From NCBI GenBank assembly GCA_038211855.1, contig JBBQVE010000008.1, positions 957 to 64,956 on the forward strand: 64,000 nucleotides of DNA, written 5' to 3'. This document shows positions 1-10,916 of this stretch, one piece after another. Positions within the stretch are counted from its first letter, which is position 1. The number at the start of each line of letters is the position of its first letter. The position numbers were made by a program, and so were the translations under genes. The notes below the pieces were generated by a model. The model had not been told where the DNA came from. It worked only from the letters and a program-made list of their open reading frames with translations, and did no database searches. The stretch is from Candidatus Saccharimonadales bacterium (lineage in GTDB: Bacteria; Patescibacteriota; Saccharimonadia; Saccharimonadales; SZUA-47).

Positions 1-1
1 T

Positions 2-3000
2 TTCGCCTATCCTCGGTCGTGTCCACCAGCAAATCTTCAGGTACCGCTCGATGTAAACGGCAATCCGATGACGCAAACAAGCTATTCATATTCCTCTTTT
101 TACGGCGCAAGTTCGCCGACCAGTTTACAGGCGGATGTTAAGCTTGGATGTAGTGGTGGTAAGGGTCAGCTATTTGTTTATGACCTAGATTCTAATGATT
201 CCTCATTAGGTCAGAATCTAGTTCTATCGTTGAAAGATTCAAACGGAGGCAGTGTAAGCGTCAGTGATCAGGCTTTCATCACATCAATAGGTGGTGGTAA
301 TAACCAAGTCATTCCATTTCCGATACCTCAGCTACCACAATATGGCTATCCATCATTTAATTATGCTTCAGGGGTGAACTATACATTCAGAATTGACGGT
401 CTCTCCGTAAACAACGCATTCCAGATTCTTCCTACTTACTACCCTACAACGTGTGGGCCGCCACCAAGTTGCAACATTACGTCAATAGTTAATCTTACCC
501 GAGGTGGTAGTGCCTTCTATCCGAACGACCAAATAGGCTTCTATGTGGATCTTGCAAACATACCAGCTGGTGACCAAATGGGAGCGAACAGCTACGGAGC
601 AGATGGTAATGATCCAAACGCGGGAGTATATGGTAACTATTTGGTACCAGCGAATGGGGCGTATGTGAGAACGCCAGTGCCGTCGGGGAATACAAATGGA
701 TTCCTTGTGACAGGCGTGCAATACAACGGTTCAGGTGGCTATAGTGGCATAAATGCGCCGGGCAGTCCGGGAGGACCTTTCTCGTTCAACTGGGGAATTG
801 TGGGGTCAGCTTGGGAGAACTCGTGTAACTCATCGTTCTCGGTATCCGCACCGATGGTAACAATACAAGGCTCATTCTTGAATGCCGAAGATATATTCGC
901 AGATCGGTCTCCTTTTGCCGGTATCGGCGTGAACATAGGCTGTAATGGTGCAGTTAATATCGTTACCAATACCGTTGGTGATGGTAGCTTCAGATTTTCA
1001 ATAGCTCAGGGGGCAACCTTCTGTGTTTCGCCTGCGAGCCTGCCTGCTCATGCACTCGCCGCCTATACAAGGCCTTATGCAGTTGGATATGGTGGTAGTT
1101 GTCCGGGTTCTTATGGCAATTACAATCCGAACTACTGTGCGGCGGGCGGCAACGCCTACGTCGCTCAGACAGCCGGTGTCGACAACAATAATGGCTTTGA
1201 TCGTTGGTTTGGCAACGGGTCTACGTATGATTACGGGTATGATTTTGCCTTCGTCATTGCAGATACTGCCAGCTGTAGCGCCATGACGATTACCAACTTA
1301 CCCAGCCAAGCCTACCCCAACAATCTTTACCGTGTGACATACAGTTTTGTTAACACGGGCGGTAAAACGTGGATACCCGGTCAATGGAATTCCGGCTATC
1401 ATGGATGGAACTTCCCAGGCATTAATACGAATCACTACCTCAGTAATGGAAATCCTGGCTACGATCTGCGCATACCCGAACTAACTGGCGCAGTCGGACC
1501 GGGAGGTACTGCGACCTTCCAGCAGGATATTCAGACACCGAGCGTCTGGCCGGATGGGGCGAGCTATCCGTTGGAATACCGTATGGTGCGTGACGCTGGG
1601 CCACCGAATGGCAGTGGTGGCTATTGGTTCCCTGACGGTGGCAGTAATACCTGTGCGACGACGATCGGTGTAGGTCAGGGTCATCTGTTCGAGACTTTCA
1701 ATACAGCTAAAAATGTGTCCGGGCTGGTCGAGACCTGTCGCGGCCAAGTACGCACTGATCCAACTGCTTCTGGCGGTACAGGGGGCTGGTTCAGTTTTGT
1801 AGTCAGAAAAGACGATTACTTTTGTGTGCGGGCAGACACCAGCCTGATAGGTGCTTCGGACCGCGCAAACGTCTATCCATATGGTGAAGGGTACGGCACG
1901 ACCGGACCATGCGCGGCGGGAACATGGTGTTCTGGCGTGCCTTCATACGAGTGTCAAGGCATGACGCCGAATGTCGTTTGTGGCACTGCACCAAGACGCG
2001 TCAGCAGGCTAGGCTTTGATATCGGTCTTTCGACACAACCAATCGTTACATGTACGGGCATAGGTATTTCGGGCACGATTAACGTTGGCGATTCATATAA
2101 TGGTCCGGCTGGCGTGAGCAGTGGGGGTGGAACGAGATACGCAGCACCATCCGTGAATGGCACAGCTACAGCCGTAATTTCACCAGTCCCACCTGCAGGA
2201 GGACTAACGCCGACAAATACTAACTCAGGGGCTATTGTAGGCCTGGCGCAAGGTGGCACAGCTTCGACGGCACTAGCCCCACCAATAACCTTCACTCAGG
2301 CTGGTACCTATAATTTTGCTGGTAACTTCGCGTGGTCTGGTGGCGGCTATGGGTCAAGCGCTGGCTGCCCCAGCGCGTCGGTCATCGCGACAGAGACTCC
2401 ATACATGCGCTTTTACGGAAACGATATATCGGCTGGCTCTGGATTCAAGAATGTTGGCGGCACTTGCACGGGTGTTTCGACTGAGTCAATCATTACCAAA
2501 GCGCGGTTCGTGAACGGTGCCTACCGTGGATCTGGGACACAGCTTGGCGCATTTGCCAATGGCTCAATTGTTACAAATGGGTTCCTCACGCTTGCTCAAC
2601 AATCGGCTGACCCCGGATATACACCGACAATTAGAGCCTTTTCTAACATTGCAACGGCGCCCGGGCCTGGAAACTATGGTGCAAACGTCTGCGCGCCTGA
2701 TTACTGGAGCAGTCAGGATCCTACAAGGATTACTCTGAGGCCAGGCGGCACGATCTCTATAACTGGTCTTGGTAATGGGCAGTACAGCTATCCGAACGGG
2801 ACTATCATGACTTCAAGCAGTGTCAGTAATCGAATTGCAGTCTATATCGATGGTAATGTCGCCATAACGGACAACATTACCTCGGCATCCACCAGTTGGA
2901 CGGATGTTGCTCAGATCCCTTCGCTCTACTTGATTGTTCGCGGTAATATCTATATCTCCGCAAATGTCAGTCAGCTCGATGGCGTCTATGTAGCTCAGCC

Positions 3001-3337
3001 GAAGTCGGGTATAACTGACAGCGGGCGCATCTATACCTGTTCTGATGGAGCTTTCGCGACACCGAGCAATGCGACAATCGTCAGTGCCGGGGCCGGCGGC
3101 TGTGGCCAGAAGAACCTTGTCGTGAATGGTTCTTTCGTGGCACAACACGTGAACTTCTTGCGTACCAAGGGAACGCTACGGAACGGCGCAGTTGGTGGCG
3201 ATCCATTTACGAGCGCTAACATCGCCGAGATCTTCCGTTACACCCCTGAAACATATATGGCAACACCGCTCGCACCAAACCCGATTAACGGTAGTGGCGC
3301 ACTCGACTCCATCATCGGCCTCCCGCCGAGCCTTTAA
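2..3337 (+). CDS. Large G/S/N/T/Y-rich secreted or surface protein, 5'-partial, immediately upstream of pilM
   Basis: Track ORF 68..3337 (1089 aa), but the same frame has no stop back to nt 2. The first Met is not followed by a signal peptide, so the CDS probably begins left of the window. Composition is strongly biased with scattered Cys. The C-terminal third has beta-strand-like repeats (RIAVYIDGNVAITDNIT, LYLIVRGNIYISANVS). No enzyme motif recognised. Confidence 0.6.
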   Translation, partial: FAYPRSCPPANLQVPLDVNGNPMTQTSYSYSSFYGASSPTSLQADVKLGCSGGKGQLFVYDLDSNDSSLGQNLVLSLKDSNGGSVSVSDQAFITSIGGGNNQVIPFPIPQLPQYGYPSFNYASGVNYTFRIDGLSVNNAFQILPTYYPTTCGPPPSCNITSIVNLTRGGSAFYPNDQIGFYVDLANIPAGDQMGANSYGADGNDPNAGVYGNYLVPANGAYVRTPVPSGNTNGFLVTGVQYNGSGGYSGINAPGSPGGPFSFNWGIVGSAWENSCNSSFSVSAPMVTIQGSFLNAEDIFADRSPFAGIGVNIGCNGAVNIVTNTVGDGSFRFSIAQGATFCVSPASLPAHALAAYTRPYAVGYGGSCPGSYGNYNPNYCAAGGNAYVAQTAGVDNNNGFDRWFGNGSTYDYGYDFAFVIADTASCSAMTITNLPSQAYPNNLYRVTYSFVNTGGKTWIPGQWNSGYHGWNFPGINTNHYLSNGNPGYDLRIPELTGAVGPGGTATFQQDIQTPSVWPDGASYPLEYRMVRDAGPPNGSGGYWFPDGGSNTCATTIGVGQGHLFETFNTAKNVSGLVETCRGQVRTDPTASGGTGGWFSFVVRKDDYFCVRADTSLIGASDRANVYPYGEGYGTTGPCAAGTWCSGVPSYECQGMTPNVVCGTAPRRVSRLGFDIGLSTQPIVTCTGIGISGTINVGDSYNGPAGVSSGGGTRYAAPSVNGTATAVISPVPPAGGLTPTNTNSGAIVGLAQGGTASTALAPPITFTQAGTYNFAGNFAWSGGGYGSSAGCPSASVIATETPYMRFYGNDISAGSGFKNVGGTCTGVSTESIITKARFVNGAYRGSGTQLGAFANGSIVTNGFLTLAQQSADPGYTPTIRAFSNIATAPGPGNYGANVCAPDYWSSQDPTRITLRPGGTISITGLGNGQYSYPNGTIMTSSSVSNRIAVYIDGNVAITDNITSASTSWTDVAQIPSLYLIVRGNIYISANVSQLDGVYVAQPKSGITDSGRIYTCSDGAFATPSNATIVSAGAGGCGQKNLVVNGSFVAQHVNFLRTKGTLRNGAVGGDPFTSANIAEIFRYTPETYMATPLAPNPINGSGALDSIIGLPPSL

Positions 3338-3391
3338 CAGTTCAAAAAACGCCGCCCTAACAGTTGTTCTCATAATGCTTATGCTATATAC

Positions 3392-4441
3392 TTGAAACCA
3401 ATGGGTATCCTAACAGGCGCGACTGACTTCTTCGGTCTCGACATCGGTACCACCGCAATACGAGTCGTAGAGCTTCATGGGGGTGGGAAGGTGCGAGGTT
3501 TGGCCCGATACGGGCAACTTGCTATTGACCCGAAAATTTCTCAGAGTGACTCAAAAGCTGACGAGCAGAAGATGGTTCAGGCCATCCGCCAAGTGATTTC
3601 GGACGCCAAGATTACGTCACGCAACGTCGCGGTCGGTGTGCCAAGTGGCCGTACCTTTACCGCAGTTATTGATATTGATCGTTTGGCACCGAACGAACTC
3701 GCTAAAACAATCAAATACCAAGCTGATTCGCTGATTCCAACACCGCTGGCCGAAAGCAAAATTGACTGGGCTTTGCTCGGTGATTCACCAAAAGAAGCCA
3801 CCAAAGTCGAAATCTTACTCTCGAGTATTACGAATGACTTTATCGAAAAGCGCCTCGACATGTTGGAGTCAATCGGTCTCAACGTGATTGCCTTTGAACC
3901 GGAAAGCCTGGCACTGACCCGCGCACTCATGTCGCCTGATGCTGGTGCACCGCAGATGATTCTGGATGTTGGTAGCCGTGCCACCGACCTCGTGATTGCC
4001 ATGGGCGGAGCACCACGTTTGACGCGTTCAATCCCAACCGGCAGTGAAGCCCTGATTAAGGCTGCCATGCAGAACCTTGGTATTGACGAGACACAGGCCA
4101 CGCAGTTCGTCTTCAAGTTCGGCCTCAGCAAAGACAAGCTGGAAGGCCAGATTTATAATGCTATCAATGGTACAGTCGAGGTGTTATTTGCCGAAATCGA
4201 AAAGTCCATCAAGTTCTTCCTGACTCGCTATAACAATGCGAAGCTCGAACGCATCATTGTGACCGGCGGTGCTTCGGCATTACCGGAGTTCCCACTGGTG
4301 ATTGCCAATAAGTTTGGCCTCAGTGTTGAAATCGGCAACGCATGGCGCAATATTGCTTTTCCGGCTGACCGTCAGAATGAACTATTAAGCCTCTCGAACC
4401 ACTTTGGTGTTGCGGCAGGGCTCGCGGAAAGGATCGAGTAG
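3392..4441 (+). CDS. pilM: Type IV pilus assembly protein PilM (actin-like ATPase fold)
   Basis: 349 aa. N-terminal FFGLDIGTTAIRVVEL phosphate-binding motif typical of PilM/FtsA-like proteins. Followed directly by pilN-like and pilO-like genes. The track start is TTG; ATG at 3401 is an alternative. Confidence 0.85.
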   Translation: MKPMGILTGATDFFGLDIGTTAIRVVELHGGGKVRGLARYGQLAIDPKISQSDSKADEQKMVQAIRQVISDAKITSRNVAVGVPSGRTFTAVIDIDRLAPNELAKTIKYQADSLIPTPLAESKIDWALLGDSPKEATKVEILLSSITNDFIEKRLDMLESIGLNVIAFEPESLALTRALMSPDAGAPQMILDVGSRATDLVIAMGGAPRLTRSIPTGSEALIKAAMQNLGIDETQATQFVFKFGLSKDKLEGQIYNAINGTVEVLFAEIEKSIKFFLTRYNNAKLERIIVTGGASALPEFPLVIANKFGLSVEIGNAWRNIAFPADRQNELLSLSNHFGVAAGLAERIE

Positions 4442-4446
4442 GGCTT

Positions 4447-5163
4447 ATGATTCAATTCAACCTGCTACCAGATGTAAAACTCGATTATATCAAAACCAGA
4501 CGAACCAAGCGTCTTGTGGTCATTGTTTCGCTCACTGCCGCAGCTATTTCTTTAGCAGTACTTATTATTATGTTCCTGACCGTCCAAGTCGCCCAAAAGA
4601 AGCACCTGAATGACATTTCAAAGGACATTAAGACGCAAGAAAAAACTCTGACGTCGACAACTGACCTGAACAAGATTCTAACAATCCAGAATCAGTTAGG
4701 TAGCTTGCCAGCGCTTCATCAAGGGAAGCCAATCTCATCCCGTTTATTGGGATATAAAGATGATAAGGGCGTCGCGCAACCAGGGTATATTCAACAGGTG
4801 ACACCCGTACAAGCTAATATATCGAAGCTTGACGTAGACTTCGTGTTGGATTCAATAACGATTACCGGCTCGGCGGATGATCTCGCGATTGCTAACAAGT
4901 ATGCCGATACCCTGAAGTTTGCAACATTCACAAACAGTACGGTGACCAATGGCAAGCCGTTCACGAACATCGTTTCAACACTGAGTCGTGATGATAAGAA
5001 GGCGTCATTTATCCTGACGTTTAACTTTGATCCAGCCCTATTTTCGAATACCGAAACACCTATTTTGACTGTGCCAAAGATTACCAGTACAAGGTCGGAA
5101 ACCGAAAAACCTGAAGCAGTCTTCAAAGCGAGTACAACTGACAAAACAGGAGGCATAAGGTAA
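4447..5163 (+). CDS. pilN: Type IV pilus assembly protein PilN
   Basis: 238 aa. N-terminal IQFNLLP motif followed by a single TM (LVVIVSLTAAAISLAVLIIMF), as in PilN/fimbrial assembly proteins. Confidence 0.8.
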   Translation: MIQFNLLPDVKLDYIKTRRTKRLVVIVSLTAAAISLAVLIIMFLTVQVAQKKHLNDISKDIKTQEKTLTSTTDLNKILTIQNQLGSLPALHQGKPISSRLLGYKDDKGVAQPGYIQQVTPVQANISKLDVDFVLDSITITGSADDLAIANKYADTLKFATFTNSTVTNGKPFTNIVSTLSRDDKKASFILTFNFDPALFSNTETPILTVPKITSTRSETEKPEAVFKASTTDKTGGIR

Positions 5164-5837
5164 TGGCGGGCGTACCAGGACTTAGTGGCAAGCGACTCAT
5201 GATCGATAAGGCCAATGCCAGTATGATGATTGTGATCGGCATCACATCATTTATCGTCACATTCTCACTTATCGCTTGTAAGGTGCTGCTCTCACAGAGC
5301 GGCTACCAAACCCGAGTCATAAAAGAGAAAAATACAGCTCTGAAGCAGCTCAAGACAAACAACAAGAGTGTCGCAAGCCTCGTCAGTAGCTATAAGACAT
5401 TTGCTGAGGCACCAGTGAACGCTATAGATGGCAATCCAACGGGATCTAGTGCACGTGACGGCGATAACCCAAAGATCGTCCTCGATGCTTTACCAAGTAA
5501 ATATGACTTCCCAGGCCTTATCAGTTCGCTTGAAAAGGTTCTAAAAGACGGTGGCTATGCGATTGATTCAATTGGCGGTACAGATGATGAAATTGCTCAA
5601 CAGAGCGCTAACACAAGTGATCCGCAGCCTATTGAAATACCGTTACCGATTGGTGTTTCGACTGACTATGCTGGTGGCGAAAAGTTACTGCAGACGCTTG
5701 AAAAATCCATTCGGCCATTCTACGTGTCGCAACTGTCTCTCATAGCAGGTAGTAATCAGCTTCGCGTGACGATGACCACCAAGACATATTATCAGCCAGA
5801 AAAGACACTCAAGATTGGTACAAAGGTAGTGAAATGA
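5163..5837 (+). CDS. PilO-like pilus assembly membrane protein
   Basis: 224 aa with one N-terminal TM and then a coiled-coil-like segment. Its ATG overlaps the pilN stop (taATG). The call rests on position in the pilMNO order and on topology only. Confidence 0.55.
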   Translation: MAGVPGLSGKRLMIDKANASMMIVIGITSFIVTFSLIACKVLLSQSGYQTRVIKEKNTALKQLKTNNKSVASLVSSYKTFAEAPVNAIDGNPTGSSARDGDNPKIVLDALPSKYDFPGLISSLEKVLKDGGYAIDSIGGTDDEIAQQSANTSDPQPIEIPLPIGVSTDYAGGEKLLQTLEKSIRPFYVSQLSLIAGSNQLRVTMTTKTYYQPEKTLKIGTKVVK

Positions 5838-6097
5838 AGCAGAAAGATATAGCACTGATTGTCTTTATCGTTGTTGTAAGCGCTTTTATCTCTTATTTCC
5901 TAAGCGGCATTCTTATCTCTTCGCCAAAGAACCGCAAAGAAAGTGTTGAAGTCGTCGAGTCGATTAAAGCTGATTTCCCGACCGTCAGCCAGGATCCATA
6001 CAGCAAATTCTTCAATAAAGATGCCATCAACCCAACCCAGACCATTAAAATCGGTGGCGACTCTAACAGTAAGCCATTCAGTGGCTCAGGCCAATAA
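5834..6097 (+). CDS. Small single-pass membrane protein in the pilus operon
   Basis: 87 aa with an N-terminal TM (IALIVFIVVVSAFISYFLSGILI). 4-nt overlap with the upstream gene. No family recognised. Confidence 0.45.
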   Translation: MKQKDIALIVFIVVVSAFISYFLSGILISSPKNRKESVEVVESIKADFPTVSQDPYSKFFNKDAINPTQTIKIGGDSNSKPFSGSGQ

Positions 6098-6115
6098 GGC
6101 CCAAAAGGGAACAGT

Positions 6116-7897
6116 ATGAGCGTACTGTCATCTGCACTCCAGAAGCAGGTCGAAGACACCCTTATTAAAGATGGTGTCCTGACACCAGAAAAACTTCACA
6201 AACTACGCACTGATTCGTCAGCCAGAAGCATGCCGCTCTTTTCCTATCTCGTCGCCGAAGACGTCATTAACAACGAAACGCTGACCAAGACGATCGCCCA
6301 CGTTACAAAGGTGCCATATGTCAATTTGAGTGCTGCCCACATTGATCCAAAAATCCTCTCGCTTTTGCCAGAAGAAGTAGCGGAACGATATATGGCCGTG
6401 CCACTTGGCGAAATGCAGAATCGACTTGTTGTTGCCATGCTCGATTCCGACAACGTCCAAGCCGTCGACTTTTTAAGTAACAAAATCGGCCGTCCGCTGA
6501 AGGTCTACGCCGCCAGTGAAGAAGGTATCCGCCAGGTCTTGAAGCAGTACCAGATGGACCTCGACAAAGACGTGGCCGGTGTACTTGATACTGAGCAGCA
6601 GGAAATCGACCTAGCCAATGGAACGGCCGATGGTAAGAACATTAAAACCATCGTGCAGGATTCGCCAATCAGTAAGGCGCTCTCGACGATTTTGGAATAC
6701 GCCGCCAAAAACCGCGCCAGTGATATTCACATCGAACCGCTCGAGAAAGAACTCAAAATCCGCTGTCGTGTGGACGGCGTACTGCGTGAGATTATGAAGC
6801 TACCCAAGACAACAGAGGCACCGCTGGTGTCTCGCATCAAGATCTTGAGTAACTTGAAGATTGATGAGCACCGCATTCCACAGGATGGTAACTTTACGAT
6901 TCAAGTTTCCGACAAGGCGATTGACCTACGTATTTCTATCAGTCCAGTCGTGTGGGGTGAACAGGTCGTGATTCGTCTTTTGGACAAGAGCGGCACGTCG
7001 TTACACCTTGAGGACATGGGCTACCACGGGCGCGCGCTCCGGACCATCCGTGAAGGCCTGAAGCAGTCCAGCGGCATGGTCCTCACCAGTGGGCCGACCG
7101 GTTCCGGTAAATCCACTAGTTTGTACGCACTTCTTTCGGAAATAAAAAGCGACGAGATAAACATCGTCACTCTTGAGGATCCAGTTGAATATAAGATGAG
7201 CGGTATCAACCAGATTCAAGTGAATGCCGACGTTGGTCTAACGTTTGCCTCTGGACTGCGCTCGATCTTGCGTCAAGACCCGAACGTCGTCATGGTGGGA
7301 GAAATCCGCGATAAAGAAACTGCCTCGTTGGCGGTGCAGGCGGCTTTAACGGGCCACTTGGTGTTCAGCACGCTGCACACTAACAGCGCGGCCGGTATCT
7401 TGCCACGTTTACTCGATATGGGCATCGAACCGTTCCTGATTGCTAGCACGGTGCGTACGGTGATTGGCCAGCGACTGGTGCGACGTGTGGTGCCGGGCGG
7501 CGAAACGTATGAGAGCAGTGCACCTGATACAGCGGCGATCAAATCGGTGCTGGGGGCAATGTTGCCGCAAAGCGAAGCCGAACTCAAGGCCGCCTGTGAA
7601 GATTTGGGCTATCCAAGCTTGCCTCTTGCCACGCAAAACGCTTATACTTTAACCAAGGGCAAGGTAGACTCAGCGAGCCCCGATGGTTATAAGGGTCGGA
7701 TGGGACTGTATGAAGTCTTCAACATTAGTGGAAACGTTCAGGATTTAATCCTGAAACACGCCACAAGTGCTGAGATTCAGAAGGCCGCCGAAAGCAATGG
7801 CATGATAACCATGCGCCAGGACGGGTATCTCAAAGCGCTGGCCGGTGCCACCACAATTACAGAAGTAAACAGGGTGGCAGCAACCGATGCGGCATAA
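6116..7897 (+). CDS. pilB: Type IV pilus extension ATPase PilB (GspE family)
   Basis: 593 aa. Walker A GPTGSGKST, plus TLEDPVEY and LRQDPNVVMVGEIRD boxes. N-terminal GspE-N-like domain. Confidence 0.9.
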   Translation: MSVLSSALQKQVEDTLIKDGVLTPEKLHKLRTDSSARSMPLFSYLVAEDVINNETLTKTIAHVTKVPYVNLSAAHIDPKILSLLPEEVAERYMAVPLGEMQNRLVVAMLDSDNVQAVDFLSNKIGRPLKVYAASEEGIRQVLKQYQMDLDKDVAGVLDTEQQEIDLANGTADGKNIKTIVQDSPISKALSTILEYAAKNRASDIHIEPLEKELKIRCRVDGVLREIMKLPKTTEAPLVSRIKILSNLKIDEHRIPQDGNFTIQVSDKAIDLRISISPVVWGEQVVIRLLDKSGTSLHLEDMGYHGRALRTIREGLKQSSGMVLTSGPTGSGKSTSLYALLSEIKSDEINIVTLEDPVEYKMSGINQIQVNADVGLTFASGLRSILRQDPNVVMVGEIRDKETASLAVQAALTGHLVFSTLHTNSAAGILPRLLDMGIEPFLIASTVRTVIGQRLVRRVVPGGETYESSAPDTAAIKSVLGAMLPQSEAELKAACEDLGYPSLPLATQNAYTLTKGKVDSASPDGYKGRMGLYEVFNISGNVQDLILKHATSAEIQKAAESNGMITMRQDGYLKALAGATTITEVNRVAATDAA

Positions 7898-7927
7898 AGA
7901 AACAAGGACGAAAAAGGTGGCAATAGC

Positions 7928-9001
7928 ATGAGTGCACAGGGACAACCGCGGATCGAAATTCTTCTGGAAGAAGTGTTAAAGCACAAGGCATCGGACCTTC
8001 ACCTGCAGGTGGGACTCCCGCCAATGCTACGTGTCGACGGGGCATTAGAGCCGGTTGGCAGCGCTGATGTTCTGAATGAAGAAGCCGTTGAAACACTTGT
8101 GTTTGCGGTGCTTGATGAGGATCAGAAGCAAATTTTGCTCAAAGATAAAGAGTTTGACTTCAGCTTTGCCTTTGGCGACCTTGGCCGTTTTCGTGTGAAT
8201 GCCTTCCACGAGCGGGGTAACATTGCCGCTGCGTTGCGTCTGATTCCAAATGAAATTCTTTCGATTGAACAACTTGGTTTGCCGCCGGTTGTCAGTAAGT
8301 TTGCTGATTATCCTCGCGGTCTCGTTTTGGTCACCGGGCCAACTGGTTCTGGTAAATCAACGACGCTCGCTTCGATGATCAGTAAGATCAACCAAGAACG
8401 CGCCACGCATATTATTACAATTGAAGATCCGATTGAATTCACTCACAAATCTGCTAAGTCGGTGATTGTCCAGCGTGAAGTCCACTACGATACGTACAGC
8501 TTTAGTGCTGCCCTTCGAAGTGCACTGCGTCAGGATCCTGATGTCGTCCTGATCGGAGAAATGCGTGACCTTGAAACCATCTCCAGTGCAATCACAATCG
8601 CTGAAACCGGTCACTTGGTCTTTGCGACACTGCACACTAACAGTGCCGCACAGAGTATTGACCGTATGATTGATGTGTTTCCGCCGCACCAACAGCCGCA
8701 GATCCGCTCCCAGCTGAGCAATATACTGATGGCGATTTGCTCCCAGCGCTTGATACCGACCATTGGTGGTGGACGCATCGCGGCCGCCGAAATTTTGGTT
8801 GCGACGCCTGCCGTCCGTAATATCATTCGCGAAGGCAAAACTCACCAGCTCGAAGCTGTTATCCAAACTGGGGCCGACCATGGCATGCAGTCGATGGACA
8901 AGACGCTGGTCAACCTGATTCATGCTGGCACGATCACCTATGATGAAGCTCGTAACTTTGCAATTGATGTAGAGGAGCTCGACCGTCTGATGCGGTCGTA
9001 A
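7928..9001 (+). CDS. pilT: Twitching motility / pilus retraction ATPase PilT
   Basis: 357 aa. Walker A GPTGSGKSTT, TIEDPIEF, LRQDPDVVLIGEMRD, and the PilT-type AVRNIIREGK motif. Confidence 0.9.
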   Translation: MSAQGQPRIEILLEEVLKHKASDLHLQVGLPPMLRVDGALEPVGSADVLNEEAVETLVFAVLDEDQKQILLKDKEFDFSFAFGDLGRFRVNAFHERGNIAAALRLIPNEILSIEQLGLPPVVSKFADYPRGLVLVTGPTGSGKSTTLASMISKINQERATHIITIEDPIEFTHKSAKSVIVQREVHYDTYSFSAALRSALRQDPDVVLIGEMRDLETISSAITIAETGHLVFATLHTNSAAQSIDRMIDVFPPHQQPQIRSQLSNILMAICSQRLIPTIGGGRIAAAEILVATPAVRNIIREGKTHQLEAVIQTGADHGMQSMDKTLVNLIHAGTITYDEARNFAIDVEELDRLMRS

Positions 9002-9007
9002 TAGACG

Positions 9008-10225
9008 ATGTTAACGTTTACTTACACAGCGCGTGACCCGTCCAGCGGTCAAAAGATAAAAGCCGAGGTCAAGGCCGAGAATCAGCAAGCGGCGGCTCGC
9101 CTTATTCAAAAGGAGGGTTTAGCGCCGCTTGATATCAGCGTGAAAAATGCCGAAGGCAAAGGCATTAAAAAGATTTTCAACAGAGTAGCCACGAAGGATA
9201 AGGTCATCTTTTCGCGTCAGCTGAGTACGCTTATTAATGCCGGCCTTCCACTCGTTCAGTCATTAAGAAGTGTTGCCGCTCAGACGAAGAGCAAGCCGCT
9301 CCAGATTGTCATAGCTGGCATTATTAGCGACGTCGAGGCTGGTAAGTCAATGAGCGATTCGATTGGCAAGTATCCTAATGTCTTCAATCAAGTGTTTGTA
9401 AGTCTGATTGCAGCCGGTGAAACATCCGGAACGCTCGATTCCGCCCTCGAACGTCTTGCTAACCAGCAAGAAAAAGATGCCGAAATCGTAAGCAAAGTAC
9501 GCGGTGCTATGATCTATCCGGTAATCGTCCTGCTCGTCATGGCCGGTGTCGTCGGCTTCATGCTCGTGAGCGTGCTACCACAGGTTCAGACACTTTATAA
9601 TGGCCTACCAGGCACCCAGCTACCGGCGCTTACAAGGGTAATGTTGGCGATTTCCCAGTTCATAATCAAGCGGTGGTACTTTGTGCTTATCGCCCTTGGT
9701 ATCCTTAGTTTTATCGGCTCACGTTGGATTAAGACGCCTAGTGGTAAAGCTTTCCTTGATAAGGCTAAGATGCGTGCCTGGCCAGTCGGTCCGCTCTTCA
9801 TGAAGCTGTATATGGCACGATTTGCGCGCACCGGTACGACATTGGTGTCAACCGGGGTGCCATTGATTCAGATGTTGCAGATCACCGGCAAAGCAGTTGA
9901 TAACGTTCATATTCAGAAGTCTATCGACCGTGCAACAGAGCAGGTGAAGGGTGGAAAAGCACTGTCAGCAACACTAATGGGCGACCCGAACTTCCTCGAA
10001 CTCGTACCACAGATGCTAAAGATTGGGGAGGATTCTGGTGCGATCGAGCAGATGCTTGAAAAAACCGCCGATTACTTTGAAAAAGAAGTCGACAACCAGA
10101 TTAAAGCCATCTCGACGATTATAGAGCCTGTCCTGATGGTGGTACTTGGCGTTGTTGCGCTCACTATTGTCGCCGCTGTTTTGTTGCCGATTTATGGCCT
10201 GGTCGGCAAAAACGTTATCAAGTAG
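9008..10225 (+). CDS. pilC: Type IV pilus platform protein PilC (GspF family)
   Basis: 405 aa polytopic protein with two GspF-type repeats (LSTLINAGLPLVQSL and TLVSTGVPLIQML). Confidence 0.9.
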   Translation: MLTFTYTARDPSSGQKIKAEVKAENQQAAARLIQKEGLAPLDISVKNAEGKGIKKIFNRVATKDKVIFSRQLSTLINAGLPLVQSLRSVAAQTKSKPLQIVIAGIISDVEAGKSMSDSIGKYPNVFNQVFVSLIAAGETSGTLDSALERLANQQEKDAEIVSKVRGAMIYPVIVLLVMAGVVGFMLVSVLPQVQTLYNGLPGTQLPALTRVMLAISQFIIKRWYFVLIALGILSFIGSRWIKTPSGKAFLDKAKMRAWPVGPLFMKLYMARFARTGTTLVSTGVPLIQMLQITGKAVDNVHIQKSIDRATEQVKGGKALSATLMGDPNFLELVPQMLKIGEDSGAIEQMLEKTADYFEKEVDNQIKAISTIIEPVLMVVLGVVALTIVAAVLLPIYGLVGKNVIK

Positions 10226-10260
10226 TATTTTTACGACCCCAGTCATTTATAGATAAAGTC

Positions 10261-10289
10261 TTGCAATTTAAGTGCGTACTGCTTATGCT
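10261..10289 (+). promoter_or_regulatory. Sigma70-like promoter for the major pilin gene
   Basis: TTGCAA (10261..10266), exact 17-nt spacer, TATGCT (10284..10289), about 47 nt upstream of the pilin start. Confidence 0.45.
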
Positions 10290-10336
10290 TAATTCATACA
10301 AAGTATCTAACATACAAGTAAAGGGGCACCGGCTAC

Positions 10337-10897
10337 ATGTTAAACAAAGTACGAGAATTTAAAAAAGAGGCCAAAGGGGCGAAGGCTACCGGCTTTACTA
10401 TCATCGAAGTTATGATTGTGTTGGCAATCGCCGGCCTTATTATGGCAATCGTATTCGTGGCTATTCCACAGTTGCAGCGTAATACCCGCAACACAACTGC
10501 GAAAGATGTTTTGAACCGCGTAAAGGCCGAAATGGACTCGTATTCAACCAATAACAATGGTAACTATCCAAAAAACGTCGCTGAATTTGGTAACGTCGTT
10601 GGTGGTGCTGCAATTGCTGCTGGTACGAGCTTTACGAGTCACTATCTTAGTAACGTCGGCGTGACCGACCCTAAGACTGGTACGCCGTTCGGTTTCAACT
10701 TCATCGCTTCTGGTACCTTCACACTACCTATAGACGTAACCGCACCCGCAACTGCTCGTGTTGTTAACTACTACTACAACGCGAAGTGTTCGGGTGAGAC
10801 TGTCATTCTCGGTAGTGGTACTGCAGTCGCCTCTCGTAACTACGCAATGGCTGTCTACCTTGAGGGTGGCGCTATCTACTGCGCAGACAACCAGTAA
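10337..10897 (+). CDS. pilA: Type IV major pilin (prepilin with N-methylation motif)
   Basis: 186 aa. The leader ends in G, then FTIIEVMIVLAIAGLIMAIVF (G|FTIIE with Glu5). C-terminal Cys pair. Has its own promoter and a strong terminator. Confidence 0.85.
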   Translation: MLNKVREFKKEAKGAKATGFTIIEVMIVLAIAGLIMAIVFVAIPQLQRNTRNTTAKDVLNRVKAEMDSYSTNNNGNYPKNVAEFGNVVGGAAIAAGTSFTSHYLSNVGVTDPKTGTPFGFNFIASGTFTLPIDVTAPATARVVNYYYNAKCSGETVILGSGTAVASRNYAMAVYLEGGAIYCADNQ

Positions 10898-10916
10898 CCA
10901 TAGACTCGAGTATCCC